Assembly: GCA_965247665.1 (NCBI GenBank)
Contig: CBDFHH010000004.1
Span: 844,595-908,594 of the forward strand
Source of the DNA: Alphaproteobacteria bacterium
Lineage (GTDB): Bacteria; Pseudomonadota; Alphaproteobacteria; SHVV01
Direction: 5' to 3'
DNA length: 64,000 nt
Shown piece by piece: positions 19,506-28,215 of this stretch; position 1 is the first letter of the stretch; each line of letters opens with the position of its first letter. The notes beneath the pieces are model-generated. The model did not search any database and was not told where the DNA came from. It saw only the letters and a program-made list of their open reading frames with translations. The position numbers and the translations under genes are program-made.

Positions 19506-20494
19506 GGCAGATTGTCGACGATACGCCCGATATCGCCGCTGATCGGATCGACGCAGGGCAGGCCGAGGCGGGCCTCGGTTTCCTCGAGGTATTTTGCGGC
19601 CTCGTCCGCGGGCAACGCGGCACTGTTGATGGCGACGCCGGCCATCCGGCAGCCGGGACTCGTAAGCCCGGCCCCGACCAGATTGTGTTCGATGCAATCG
19701 GCAAGATCGGGGATCGGTGCGTGCGGCAAACCGCGCATATGCGTGCGCGTGGGTTCGTGGCACAGCACCAGCGCGTCGGGTTGCGAGCCGTGCAGCAGGC
19801 CCAGCGAAACACCGGCGAAAGCGCCATGGAACAGGGAGCCCTGGCCCTCGACAAGATCCCAATGGTCGGGCTCGTTGTCCGGGCTGAGCCATTCGGCGGC
19901 GCCGGAGATGAAGTCGGCGACCACGGCGTCGATGGCGACGCCGCGCTCGGCGATGAAGATGCCGGTCTGCCCGGTGGCGCGGAAATCCGCTTTCATGCCG
20001 CGCCGACGCATCTCGCGTTCAAGCGCAAGGGCCGCGTATTTCTTGCCGCAGGAACAGTCGGTGCCAACGGTCAAGAGCCGCTTGCCCGAGCGCTTGACTC
20101 CTTTGCCCGTCGCGAAGATCTGCTCGGTGTGGCGTACATTGTGGAGCCGGCGGCCGTGGGTCGCGGCGGCGTCGCGAACCGCGGTAAATGATTCGAGCCG
20201 AGTGTGCAGGCCGCTTGCGACATCCATCCCGCGAGTCAGCGCCTCGACCAAGACTTCGGTCCAGCTCTCCGGCATGGTTCCGCCCGAGTTGACGACACCG
20301 ATCACCAGGGTTTGCGCCCTGCGAGCGACGGCTTCTTCGATGCTGATGTCTGCGAGGCCGGTATCGGCCGCACAGTCAGGCAGGCGGAGCTGCCCGACGC
20401 ACCAGTCGCGCCGCCAATCGGCGATGCCGGTCGCGGTCTTTGCGGCGAGCTGGTCGCGCGCGTCGCCGAGAAAGAGCAGGTACGGTTTTTTCAC
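19502..20494 (-). CDS. DUF1611-domain protein (P-loop-like protein habitually encoded next to dipeptide epimerases).
   Basis: 330 aa: MKKPYLLFLGDARDQLAAKTATGIADW...LLTVGTDCSCGKKYAALALEREMRRRG... Translationally coupled to the downstream epimerase. Confidence 0.7.
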   Translation of the reverse strand: MKKPYLLFLGDARDQLAAKTATGIADWRRDWCVGQLRLPDCAADTGLADISIEEAVARRAQTLVIGVVNSGGTMPESWTEVLVEALTRGMDVASGLHTRLESFTAVRDAAATHGRRLHNVRHTEQIFATGKGVKRSGKRLLTVGTDCSCGKKYAALALEREMRRRGMKADFRATGQTGIFIAERGVAIDAVVADFISGAAEWLSPDNEPDHWDLVEGQGSLFHGAFAGVSLGLLHGSQPDALVLCHEPTRTHMRGLPHAPIPDLADCIEHNLVGAGLTSPGCRMAGVAINSAALPADEAAKYLEETEARLGLPCVDPISGDIGRIVDNLP

Positions 20495-20641
20495 CGGAAC
20501 TCCCTTGCCGCTCGGCTTTCCTCATAGCGTATCTTGGAGCGGCGATATAGGCCGCCATGGCTCGCCTCACTCGCTGTCGCTGTCGCGTTGGGACCGCTGC
20601 CGCAAACGCGGCCGCGGGCTAACGGGATCGGGCGACGGCTA

Positions 20642-21682
20642 TCAGGCGGCCGCGCAGGACGGCGCCGTACCGGGATTGGCGAGCCGGTTGAAAGCCGCCA
20701 GCGATGCTTCGATCCGTTCGCGCGGCAGGTTGCGAACGATGAAGATGATGCGCGAACCCCGATCGGCGTCCGGCCACCGGTCGAGATGCGTGGGCGGGTG
20801 GACGACGTGCTGGACGCCGTTGATGACCACCGGCGCGTCGAGGCCGGCGACGCCGAGCATGCCTTTGACCCGCAGCACACTTTCGCCGTGGCGGTTGAGC
20901 AGCATGGTCATCCAGATCCCGAACGCGGTCCAATCCAGGGGCTGCTCGAAACGGAAGTAAAAGGACGAGATCCCGTGGGTGTGATCGTGCGCGAGAGCGT
21001 CGGCCCCCGCCGTGGCGCGGCCGAGCCAGCGATCGACCTCGGAGGCCTTGGCGTCGTCGTCGAACGCATCCTCGATCAGCAGCAATTCGGGCGCGGTATC
21101 GTCCGCCGCTTGGTAAATCGGCGCCGAGCGGTTGAGCCCGCCGAGGCGGTCCTTTAGCGCCCGCAGGTCGGTCTCCGTGCACAGATCGATCTTGGTGACG
21201 ACGATGCGGTCGGCGACCGCCGCCTGCTTGACCGATTCCGGGAACGAATCGAGTTGGCTCGCGCCGTTGACCGCATCGACGACGGTGATCACGTTGCCGA
21301 GGCGGAAATGATGCTGCAGCATCGGTTCGATCAGCACGGTGTAGGCAATCGGCACGGGATCAGCGAGCCCGGATGTTTCGATCACCACCCGGTCGAACGG
21401 CGGCACTTCGCCGCGCTCGCGCTGCGCCCACAGATCGCGCAGCGCGTCCTGCAGGTCGCCGCGGATGGCGCAGCAGACACAGCCATTGTCGAGCAGGAGC
21501 GTGCCCTCGGCGACCGAGCTCAACAGCTGATGGTCGAGCCCGACCTCGCCGAACTCGTTGACCATCACCGCCACGTTCTGCAGCCGCGGCGAGGTCAGCA
21601 GGCGTCGCAATAACGTGGTCTTGCCGCTGCCGAGGAATCCGGTAACGACATTGACCGGTATCAGCTCGCCGTAGCCGGCCAT
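20642..21682 (-). CDS. COG0523/CobW-family G3E GTPase (putative zinc metallochaperone).
   Basis: Walker A VVTGFLGSGKTTLL, CxCC metal motif GCVCCAIRGDL, ETSGLADP, TKIDL; 346 aa. Confidence 0.85.
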   Translation of the reverse strand: MAGYGELIPVNVVTGFLGSGKTTLLRRLLTSPRLQNVAVMVNEFGEVGLDHQLLSSVAEGTLLLDNGCVCCAIRGDLQDALRDLWAQRERGEVPPFDRVVIETSGLADPVPIAYTVLIEPMLQHHFRLGNVITVVDAVNGASQLDSFPESVKQAAVADRIVVTKIDLCTETDLRALKDRLGGLNRSAPIYQAADDTAPELLLIEDAFDDDAKASEVDRWLGRATAGADALAHDHTHGISSFYFRFEQPLDWTAFGIWMTMLLNRHGESVLRVKGMLGVAGLDAPVVINGVQHVVHPPTHLDRWPDADRGSRIIFIVRNLPRERIEASLAAFNRLANPGTAPSCAAA

Positions 21683-22002
21683 CAGCTATGCTCCAGCCCG
21701 GCCAGGAGGTCGGCGTCGAGCGGGTCGCATTCCTTCTTGGCGAGCGCTTCGGCCGCCGCCCACAACTCGGTCAGATTATTTACCAGTTCCGTCTTGCCGG
21801 TATGGCTGCGCAGGATGAATGCGTTGGGCGGCCAATCGGCGAGCGAAAGCCCGTAGAATTTCAGCACCTTGTTGATCAGTTGGGTCCGCTGCTGCCGCTC
21901 GCCGGCGATCGTGGTCGGCGCCTGGGTGCGAAAAGCCTCGGGGTTGCTCGATCGATCGGCCCAGTGACCGCGCCCGCCGAGAACACCGCACAAGCTGCAC
22001 AT
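21682..22002 (-). CDS. Hypothetical small protein with N-terminal MCSLCG (CxxC), translationally coupled to the COG0523 GTPase.
   Basis: 106-aa ORF whose stop overlaps the CobW-family start by 1 nt. No recognised family; weak RBS. Confidence 0.4.
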   Translation of the reverse strand: MCSLCGVLGGRGHWADRSSNPEAFRTQAPTTIAGERQQRTQLINKVLKFYGLSLADWPPNAFILRSHTGKTELVNNLTELWAAAEALAKKECDPLDADLLAGLEHS

Positions 22003-22025
22003 CCCCCCGGCTCCGTCGCTGGGCG

Positions 22026-23084
22026 CTACTCTGCCGCGGTCGCGGTTCCCGTGTCGCGCGGAAAACGCCGCCGAAAGTCTTTGGAGATTTCGTAGAACGT
22101 TGTGAAACGTACGCCGCTATGGTTGACGATATAGTCGTAGAGCCTCTCGAGCATCAGCAGCACTTGTGGGCGACCCGACACGTCGGGGTGGATCGTCATC
22201 GTGAACACGGCATAGTCGTACTCGCGGTAGACCCAATCGAACTGGTCGCGCCACAACTCTTCGATATCCCTCGGGTTGGTGAAACCGTAGCTGTTGGGTG
22301 CGCCCTTGATAAACATCATCGGCGGCAGGTCGTCGGTGTACCAGCTCGCCGGGATGTCGACGAGATCGGTCTCCTCGCCGCGCACCAGCGGAAACATCCA
22401 TTCGCGTGCCTGCTTGGAGTAGTCGATCGGCGTCCAGCTATCGCCGACTCGAACGTAGAACGGAATAAAGTCGTGGTTCATCAGGCTGTGGTCGTATTTG
22501 ATGCCCTTCTTGATCAGCAGCTCGTTGGTCACCGGGCTGAACTCCCACCACGGCGCGACATAGCCCTTGGCCGTGTGGCCCGTCAGTTCACCGATCAAAT
22601 CGATGCACTTGTCGAGCACGTCCTCTTCCTGTTGGGGCGTCATCGAGATCGGGTTCTCGTGCGAGTAGCCGTGCAGCCCGATCTCGTGGCCGGCGTCGAA
22701 CACCTCCTTGCACTGCGAGGGGAAGGTTTCGATCGAATGGCCGGGGATGAACCACGAGGTTTGAATGCCGAAACGATCGAACAGCTTGACCAGACGCGGG
22801 GTACCGACTTCGCCGGCGAACAGACCGCGCGAAATGTCGCAGGGTGAATCCTGACCGCCATAGGAGCCTAGCCAGCCGGCGACCGCGTCGATATCGATAC
22901 CGAAGGCGCATAAGATTTCCTTGCGCCCGCTGCCGGTTGGCTGCGGCCGGCGCGACAGCTCGCCGCCCGGCCGCCGCGCGGCACCGGAAAAAGCCGGGCG
23001 CGGCTGATAACGGTCGCTGCGCTGCGCACGAATGACGCCGGTGCTCGCGCCGGGCACCCGCCGAACCGCAAACTGATCTCTCAT
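22026..23084 (-). CDS. Polysaccharide deacetylase (NodB-homology, CE4) family metal-dependent hydrolase.
   Basis: Motifs [33 protein letters not shown] (His-His metal triad context). Start chosen at the ATG at 23084 with strong RBS GGGGAGGGAAGA; the 25-codon upstream extension in the track was rejected. Confidence 0.7.
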   Translation of the reverse strand: MRDQFAVRRVPGASTGVIRAQRSDRYQPRPAFSGAARRPGGELSRRPQPTGSGRKEILCAFGIDIDAVAGWLGSYGGQDSPCDISRGLFAGEVGTPRLVKLFDRFGIQTSWFIPGHSIETFPSQCKEVFDAGHEIGLHGYSHENPISMTPQQEEDVLDKCIDLIGELTGHTAKGYVAPWWEFSPVTNELLIKKGIKYDHSLMNHDFIPFYVRVGDSWTPIDYSKQAREWMFPLVRGEETDLVDIPASWYTDDLPPMMFIKGAPNSYGFTNPRDIEELWRDQFDWVYREYDYAVFTMTIHPDVSGRPQVLLMLERLYDYIVNHSGVRFTTFYEISKDFRRRFPRDTGTATAAE

Positions 23085-23293
23085 TCTTCCCTCCCCGGTA
23101 GGTCTCGGAAGTCGACGGCGGAAGCTGCCCGCTGGCTCCGTGTGTAGCGGTGCCGCCACGGCGAATCAAGCGGCAACGGCTTGAGCTCGTGTACGGGCTC
23201 GCACCTGTCGTGCGCTCTGCTATTATCGCTGCTCGCGAAGGTTCGACATGATCCGCGCCGAACGCGAACAGGAACGCCCAATTGGAGACGGTG

Positions 23294-24004
23294 ATGGTCG
23301 ATTGGGAAAAGGAAACGCGCGAAGATTACAGGCGCAAAGGCCTCGCCGTAAGCTGCGGCTACGGCACCGGTCCGGCGCTTCTCGTGGTCGATTTCATCAA
23401 CGGTTTCACCGATCCGTCGACCCCATTGGGCGGCGATTTCTCAGCTCAAATCGGCGCCACCCAGGAATTGCTGTCGACGTTCCGCGACGCCGGGCTGCCG
23501 ATCGTCTTCACCACCATCGCCTACGAGTCGCACTACCGCGATGCCGGGATGTGGATCAAGAAAGTTCCCTCGCTGGAGATTCTCCGCAAAGGCACGCGCA
23601 TGGTCGAGGTCGACGATCGCATCCGCCCGCGCACCGACGAATATGTCCTTGAGAAGAAATTCGCCAGTTCATTCTTCAAGACCGATCTGGAGAGCTACCT
23701 CAAGGCCCGCGGCGTTGACACGGTGATCATGGTCGGCTGTACCACGAGCGGCTGCGTGCGCGCCTCCGCGATCGATTCGATCTCCTGCGGCTTCCACACC
23801 ATCGTCGTGGCCGAAGCGACCGGAGACAGAGCGCAGGGCCCGCATGAGGCCAATCTGTTCGATATCGAAGCCAAGTATGGTGACGTCGTCTCGTTGCGCG
23901 AGGCGACCGATTACATCAAATCCATCACCAGCGCCGGCGGCTACGCCCAGAAGGTGCAGGACGATTTCCATCGTTGGTGGAATCGACCGGCCGCCAGCGC
24001 TTGA
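23294..24004 (+). CDS. Isochorismatase-family cysteine hydrolase (N-carbamoylsarcosine amidase / CSHase-like), copy A.
   Basis: LLVVDFINGF, FTTIAYES, catalytic-Cys context VMVGCTTSGCVRASAIDS. ATG at 23294 preceded by GGAGACGGTG; the TTG at 23282 in the track is less likely. Confidence 0.85.
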   Translation: MVDWEKETREDYRRKGLAVSCGYGTGPALLVVDFINGFTDPSTPLGGDFSAQIGATQELLSTFRDAGLPIVFTTIAYESHYRDAGMWIKKVPSLEILRKGTRMVEVDDRIRPRTDEYVLEKKFASSFFKTDLESYLKARGVDTVIMVGCTTSGCVRASAIDSISCGFHTIVVAEATGDRAQGPHEANLFDIEAKYGDVVSLREATDYIKSITSAGGYAQKVQDDFHRWWNRPAASA

Positions 24005-24032
24005 ATGACCGCCGCTGGTTAGGACAACGGGT

Positions 24033-24518
24033 ATGGCCGGCGACCGACGCCCTTCATTGTCTTCCGCGTTCGACGATATGCTCGAACGCAATTGGCAAGA
24101 GCTCGACGGTATGTACGCCGGTACCGCCGATAGGACAGGCCGTCGCGAGCCCCGGGCGCCGTCGTTACCGAGCGCCGATTTTCAAACCCCGTTGTCGTCG
24201 GAACGGCCGATCGTGCAGCAGCTCAACGAACGATTCGGCGACAAATGGCGCTACGAGATCACGGACCGTCAGCGCGATGGCGACGACGTGGTCGTGCTAT
24301 GCAAACTGACGCTGCCCGAAAAGAACGTCACCAAAGCGCAATTCGGGCTCGCCCGTATCGGCCGCGCCGGCGGTGGATCGGCAGTCCACGGCAGCGCCGG
24401 GGGCGTGTCGTTTTCGCTGGGCGCGAGCGAATCCGGTGCGCTGGCAGGCGATACCGAGAACGCGGCGTATGAACGTGCGACCGACGACGCCCTCGCCAAA
24501 TGCGCTGCGATGCTGTGA
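24033..24518 (+). CDS. Standalone small protein carrying the Rad52/Mgm101-like domain. This is copy 1 of the ~100-aa domain that is also found fused to both HyuB paralogs.
   Basis: PIVQQLNERFGDKWRYEI...DVVVLCKLTLPEKNVTKAQFGLARIG...(Gly-rich insertion)...AYERATDDALAKCAAML. Same pattern as the N-termini of the proteins at 28216 and 46943: xxNExFG..W-S..V...G.V.V.CKL...G....FG.A...A...ATDxALxKCAA. Confidence 0.5.
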   Translation: MAGDRRPSLSSAFDDMLERNWQELDGMYAGTADRTGRREPRAPSLPSADFQTPLSSERPIVQQLNERFGDKWRYEITDRQRDGDDVVVLCKLTLPEKNVTKAQFGLARIGRAGGGSAVHGSAGGVSFSLGASESGALAGDTENAAYERATDDALAKCAAML

Positions 24519-24561
24519 GCGCGGGGAGTCGCAAGCAACCCCTTGACGATGACGATCGGCA

Positions 24562-25017
24562 ATGCTGCGGCTAAATGAGCCGGCGCCACGCCTGCGCCTG
24601 CGCAATCAGTGCGGCATCGCCACCGGACTTACCGAATTGCACGGCCACATCGTGGTCATGTGGTGGCAGCGCACCTTCGAACATTCCATTGCCGAAATCA
24701 TCGCCAGGTCGTTTCGTGATCGTCACGCCGACCTTACGGCGCGAAACGCGACTATTCTCGGTATCAGCAGCGACCCCTCGGTGCGGATCGCTCGATTCCA
24801 CGAATCCCTCGGACTCCCTTTCGATCTGCTGAGCGATGCCACGGGTGAAGCCGCCGCGGCCTATGGAGCGGCGGATTGGTGGCGGGCCGGCCCCGACTTG
24901 CCGCTAACCTTCGTCATTGACGCCGGCGGGCTGATATGTGCCAGCCACCAAATCGACCGCGGACACGCGAATCATGTCGAGACGCTGCTGGCCGACGTCG
25001 CCCGCGCTGCAAATTGA
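24562..25017 (+). CDS. Peroxiredoxin (Bcp/AhpC-TSA)-like thioredoxin-fold protein lacking the peroxidatic cysteine (degenerate).
   Basis: Collinear with Bcp: APRLRLRNQCGIATGLTELHGHIVVMWW aligns to APDF.L.D..G..V.LSDF.GK.VVLYFYP, and ILGISSDPSVRIARFHESLGLPFDLLSD aligns to VLGVSVDS...KFAEK.GL.FPLLSD. The canonical TPGC is replaced by TFEHSI. Confidence 0.55.
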   Translation: MLRLNEPAPRLRLRNQCGIATGLTELHGHIVVMWWQRTFEHSIAEIIARSFRDRHADLTARNATILGISSDPSVRIARFHESLGLPFDLLSDATGEAAAAYGAADWWRAGPDLPLTFVIDAGGLICASHQIDRGHANHVETLLADVARAAN

Positions 25018-25185
25018 TCGCAAACCGGCCACGCTACGCGTCGCATCGATGATCGTTGTTCCGCTTGCTCCACTCTCGGCGCCCAAGGCCGCGAAATATG
25101 AGCGTGAAGCCGCCGGCCATATTCCGCCGGAGGAAGCGTCCCATACCCGCCGGCAAGGCGGCGGGATGGCGAACCAAGCGCCGCT

Positions 25186-25695
25186 CTAGGACTTCCTCGG
25201 CGGCTGGCGTCGATACTGCCAGCCGTCGCGGAACGCGCGCACCACGTGGTGCAGCAGATAGAACAGGATCGCCAGGATCACCAGCAGGATGATCGATAGC
25301 AGGCGGTCACCGAACCCCGAATCGATGATGGCACCGCCGCTGATAAGATGCTCGCTGAGCATGACAACCGCCTGGAGCGTAGCGCCCGCGAACAGGATCA
25401 CCGCGATCAAGATCGCCACTTGCAGCGTCTCGAAAACCAGCGTTTCGACGTCGAGCTCGGTCACCGGGCGCAAGATGTTGCGGCGGAAGGTCTGCCAGTG
25501 GGCAATGAAGTAGCCGATGACTCCGACCAGCGACGCGAACCAGAAGATCACGTTGTCGCTGCGAATATGGCGGATTCCCTTCGACACATACTCTTCGAAC
25601 GGCTGGTAGAAATACAAGAATATCAACAGGATAATCAGACCCACCAGGAGGATCCAAAGGCGCGGCCGCTGCCAGCTGTCGGAATCTTGTGCCAT
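25186..25695 (-). CDS. Small 4-TM membrane protein, paralog 1 (unknown family; paralog of 42670-43155).
   Basis: Shares W..L..LVG.....L.FLYFYQPF...N.IFW.A...G.IG......ILLSAGATLQ.V....L..G.IDSGFG.RL...VIL with the second copy. Start uncertain; the internal ATG at 25695 was chosen. Confidence 0.5.
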   Translation of the reverse strand: MAQDSDSWQRPRLWILLVGLIILLIFLYFYQPFEEYVSKGIRHIRSDNVIFWFASLVGVIGYFIAHWQTFRRNILRPVTELDVETLVFETLQVAILIAVILFAGATLQAVVMLSEHLISGGAIIDSGFGDRLLSIILLVILAILFYLLHHVVRAFRDGWQYRRQPPRKS

Positions 25696-26148
25696 TCGTG
25701 GAGAACCCGAGGCGTACTGCGAATGCGGTCGGATCGTATACGACGGGGCAGCGGTTTCACAACCCGGGTATGGCATTTGAGAGATTGCGGATTGGCTGGG
25801 TGTCGATTCCGCCAAGTCGGTCTATTCGACGGAGGGGTTTATGGTGGAACGGTTTCGGGAGTGCTTGCCGAGTCGGATGATCTGGGTGCGGAAAATGCGC
25901 CGCGTTACGATCTTCGGGAGCTGGTGTTCATTGCCTTTTAGCCGGCTTGTGAGGCGGGCGGAGCTGCGTTGACATAGCTGAATTCGCGGCCGCCAAGGAG
26001 GATCGCGAAATCGGTCGAAAACCTGTTTAATTGCGTCTTCGGGCGCGCTACAAACGCCTGCTGTTCCGACCCGTTGGGTGATTTCCCGATGCCGTGGTCG
26101 GCGCACACTCCATCGGGGACGCCAAACAAGCGGCGAGGAGAAGGGCGT

Positions 26149-28206
26149 ATGGCGAGTCGCTTGGGGATCGACGTCGGGGGTACCTTCACCGATCTCCTGT
26201 TGTTCAACGAAGCGTCGCGGGAAATCCAGCTGCTCAAAACCCCCTCGACGCCCGAAGATCAGTCGGTGGGTATTCTCACCGGTGTGCGGAAGATCATTGC
26301 CCAGTCCGGGATCTCGGCCGGCGACATCCAGGCGCTGCTGCACGGCACGACCGTCTCGACCAACATCGTGCTCGAGGAGAAGGGCGCTAAGGTTGGCCTG
26401 CTTGTCACCGAGAATTTCGAGCAAATCCTGCACATGGCGCGGTCGCAGACTCCGGGACCGCTGGCCGGCTGGATCATCATGGAAAAGCCCGACCCGCTGG
26501 CCGACCTCGAGCTCACCCGGGGCATCGTCGAACGCATCGATGCGCGCGGCGAAATCGTCACGCCGATCGACGAAGCCGCGGCGCGCCAGTCGATCCGCGA
26601 GTTGATCGAACGCGGCGTCGAGTCGATTACCATCTCGCTGCTGCATTCCTACGCCAATCCGACCCACGAACGGCGCCTCAAAGCGCTGGTGGACGAGATC
26701 GGCCCCGAGGTGCCGGTATCGGTATCGTCGGAGATCCTGCCCGAATTCCGCGAGTATGAGCGCACGCTGGTGACGGTGATGAATGCCTATGTCGGTCCCA
26801 GCATGCGCCGCTACCTGAGCAACCTCGAAGACAAGCTCAAGGGCGTGGAGTTCGCGCCGCACGTCCATATCGTGCGCTCCGACGGGGGACTGATGAGCGT
26901 CCAGCGCGCGTCCGAATCGCCGGTCCATACAATGATGTCGGGACCGGCGGGCGGCGTGTCGGGAGCGGCATTCCTCGCCAATCTGGCCGGCCATCCCAAC
27001 GCCATTGGCTTCGACATGGGCGGCACATCGACCGACGTGTCCGTAATCCAGGACGGCAAGCCCAACATTTCGCGCCAGACCAGCCTCGGCTATTACCCGA
27101 TCAAGGTGCCCTCGGTGGAGGTGCACAGCGTCGGTGCCGGCGGCGGGTCGATCGCGCACGTGCCGATGACCGGGGCGCTACGGGTCGGCCCGGAGAGCGC
27201 CGGTGCGATGCCGGGTCCGGCAAGCTACGGACGCGGCGGCGACAAGCCGACGGTAACCGACGCCAACGTGGTGTTGGGGCGGTTGCTGCCCCACCTGCTG
27301 GGCGGCGAGATGATGCTCGACGTCAACGCCGCGGAAACCGCAGTGTCGCGTATCGGCGGAGCACTCGGCCTCGACGTCAACGCGGCGGCGCAAGGTATCC
27401 TCGACATCGTCAACGAGAACATGTTCGGGGCGTTGCGCCTGGTCACGGTGCAGAAGGGCCTCGACCCGCGCGACTTTGCCTTGGTTGCTTTCGGCGGTGC
27501 CGGGCCGCTGCACGGTAACGCCATCGCCATGCTGGCAGGCTGCTATCCCGTGATCGTGCCGCCCACACCAGGCGTGCTGTCGGCGCTTGGTTTCCTCTAT
27601 TCCGACGTCAAGAACGAATTCGCCCAGACCTATATCCGCAACATCGACGATGTCCGATCCGGCGACGTGAGCGAGGTGCTGTCCCGCCTTGGGCGCGAGG
27701 CGAAGACGTGGCTGCGCGAAGAGGGAATCGGCGAATCGAGCCAGGAATTGCGCTACGAAGCGGACGTGCGGTACTTTCGTCAGGGTTACGAATTTTCACT
27801 GGAGGTCAATCCCGAATCCGTTGGCAACGGGGGCATGCAGAACCTCGCCAGCCGCTTTGGCATCGCCCATGAACGCCTCTATGGCTTCAAGCTGGATGCG
27901 CCGGTGGAGCTGGTCAATCTGCGTGCGATTGGAACTGGAAACGTGATCAAGGTCGAGTTCCCCAAGTTCGAGAAAGAAAGCACCGACGCCAGAGGGGCGA
28001 TCGTCGGTCAGCATCGCACGTCGTTCGACGGCAATTTCGTGGCCGCCAGCGTCTACGACCGTGACCTGCTCAGGGCCGGCAATCAGGTTCCCGGCCCGGC
28101 GATCATCACCCAGAAGGATTCGACGACCGTGATCCATCCCGACCATGTCGGCGCGGTCGATGAGTATCTCAACATTCTTATCAACCCCGTAGGTGGACCG
28201 GCATAG
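26149..28206 (+). CDS. hyuA: Hydantoinase/oxoprolinase A subunit (HyuA; N-methylhydantoinase A-type ATPase of the ASKHA fold), copy 1.
   Basis: MASRLGIDVGGTFTDLLLF... (actin-like ATPase phosphate-1 motif), 685 aa. RBS GAGGAGAAGGG before the ATG at 26149; the upstream 25 codons in the track were rejected. Confidence 0.9.
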   Translation: MASRLGIDVGGTFTDLLLFNEASREIQLLKTPSTPEDQSVGILTGVRKIIAQSGISAGDIQALLHGTTVSTNIVLEEKGAKVGLLVTENFEQILHMARSQTPGPLAGWIIMEKPDPLADLELTRGIVERIDARGEIVTPIDEAAARQSIRELIERGVESITISLLHSYANPTHERRLKALVDEIGPEVPVSVSSEILPEFREYERTLVTVMNAYVGPSMRRYLSNLEDKLKGVEFAPHVHIVRSDGGLMSVQRASESPVHTMMSGPAGGVSGAAFLANLAGHPNAIGFDMGGTSTDVSVIQDGKPNISRQTSLGYYPIKVPSVEVHSVGAGGGSIAHVPMTGALRVGPESAGAMPGPASYGRGGDKPTVTDANVVLGRLLPHLLGGEMMLDVNAAETAVSRIGGALGLDVNAAAQGILDIVNENMFGALRLVTVQKGLDPRDFALVAFGGAGPLHGNAIAMLAGCYPVIVPPTPGVLSALGFLYSDVKNEFAQTYIRNIDDVRSGDVSEVLSRLGREAKTWLREEGIGESSQELRYEADVRYFRQGYEFSLEVNPESVGNGGMQNLASRFGIAHERLYGFKLDAPVELVNLRAIGTGNVIKVEFPKFEKESTDARGAIVGQHRTSFDGNFVAASVYDRDLLRAGNQVPGPAIITQKDSTTVIHPDHVGAVDEYLNILINPVGGPA

Positions 28207-28215
28207 GAGGGCTCC

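Noticed and set aside
18498-20960. 820-aa plus-strand ORF in the track
   Set aside because: Antisense to the epimerase and DUF1611 genes. Low-complexity Ala/Arg/Pro-rich translation typical of a stop-free reverse frame in high-GC DNA; no family resemblance.
22119-22847. 242-aa plus ORF
   Set aside because: Antisense to the polysaccharide deacetylase gene.
25822-27159. 445-aa minus-strand ORF
   Set aside because: Lies antisense within hyuA-1 and the upstream region; Arg/Gly-rich artefact.
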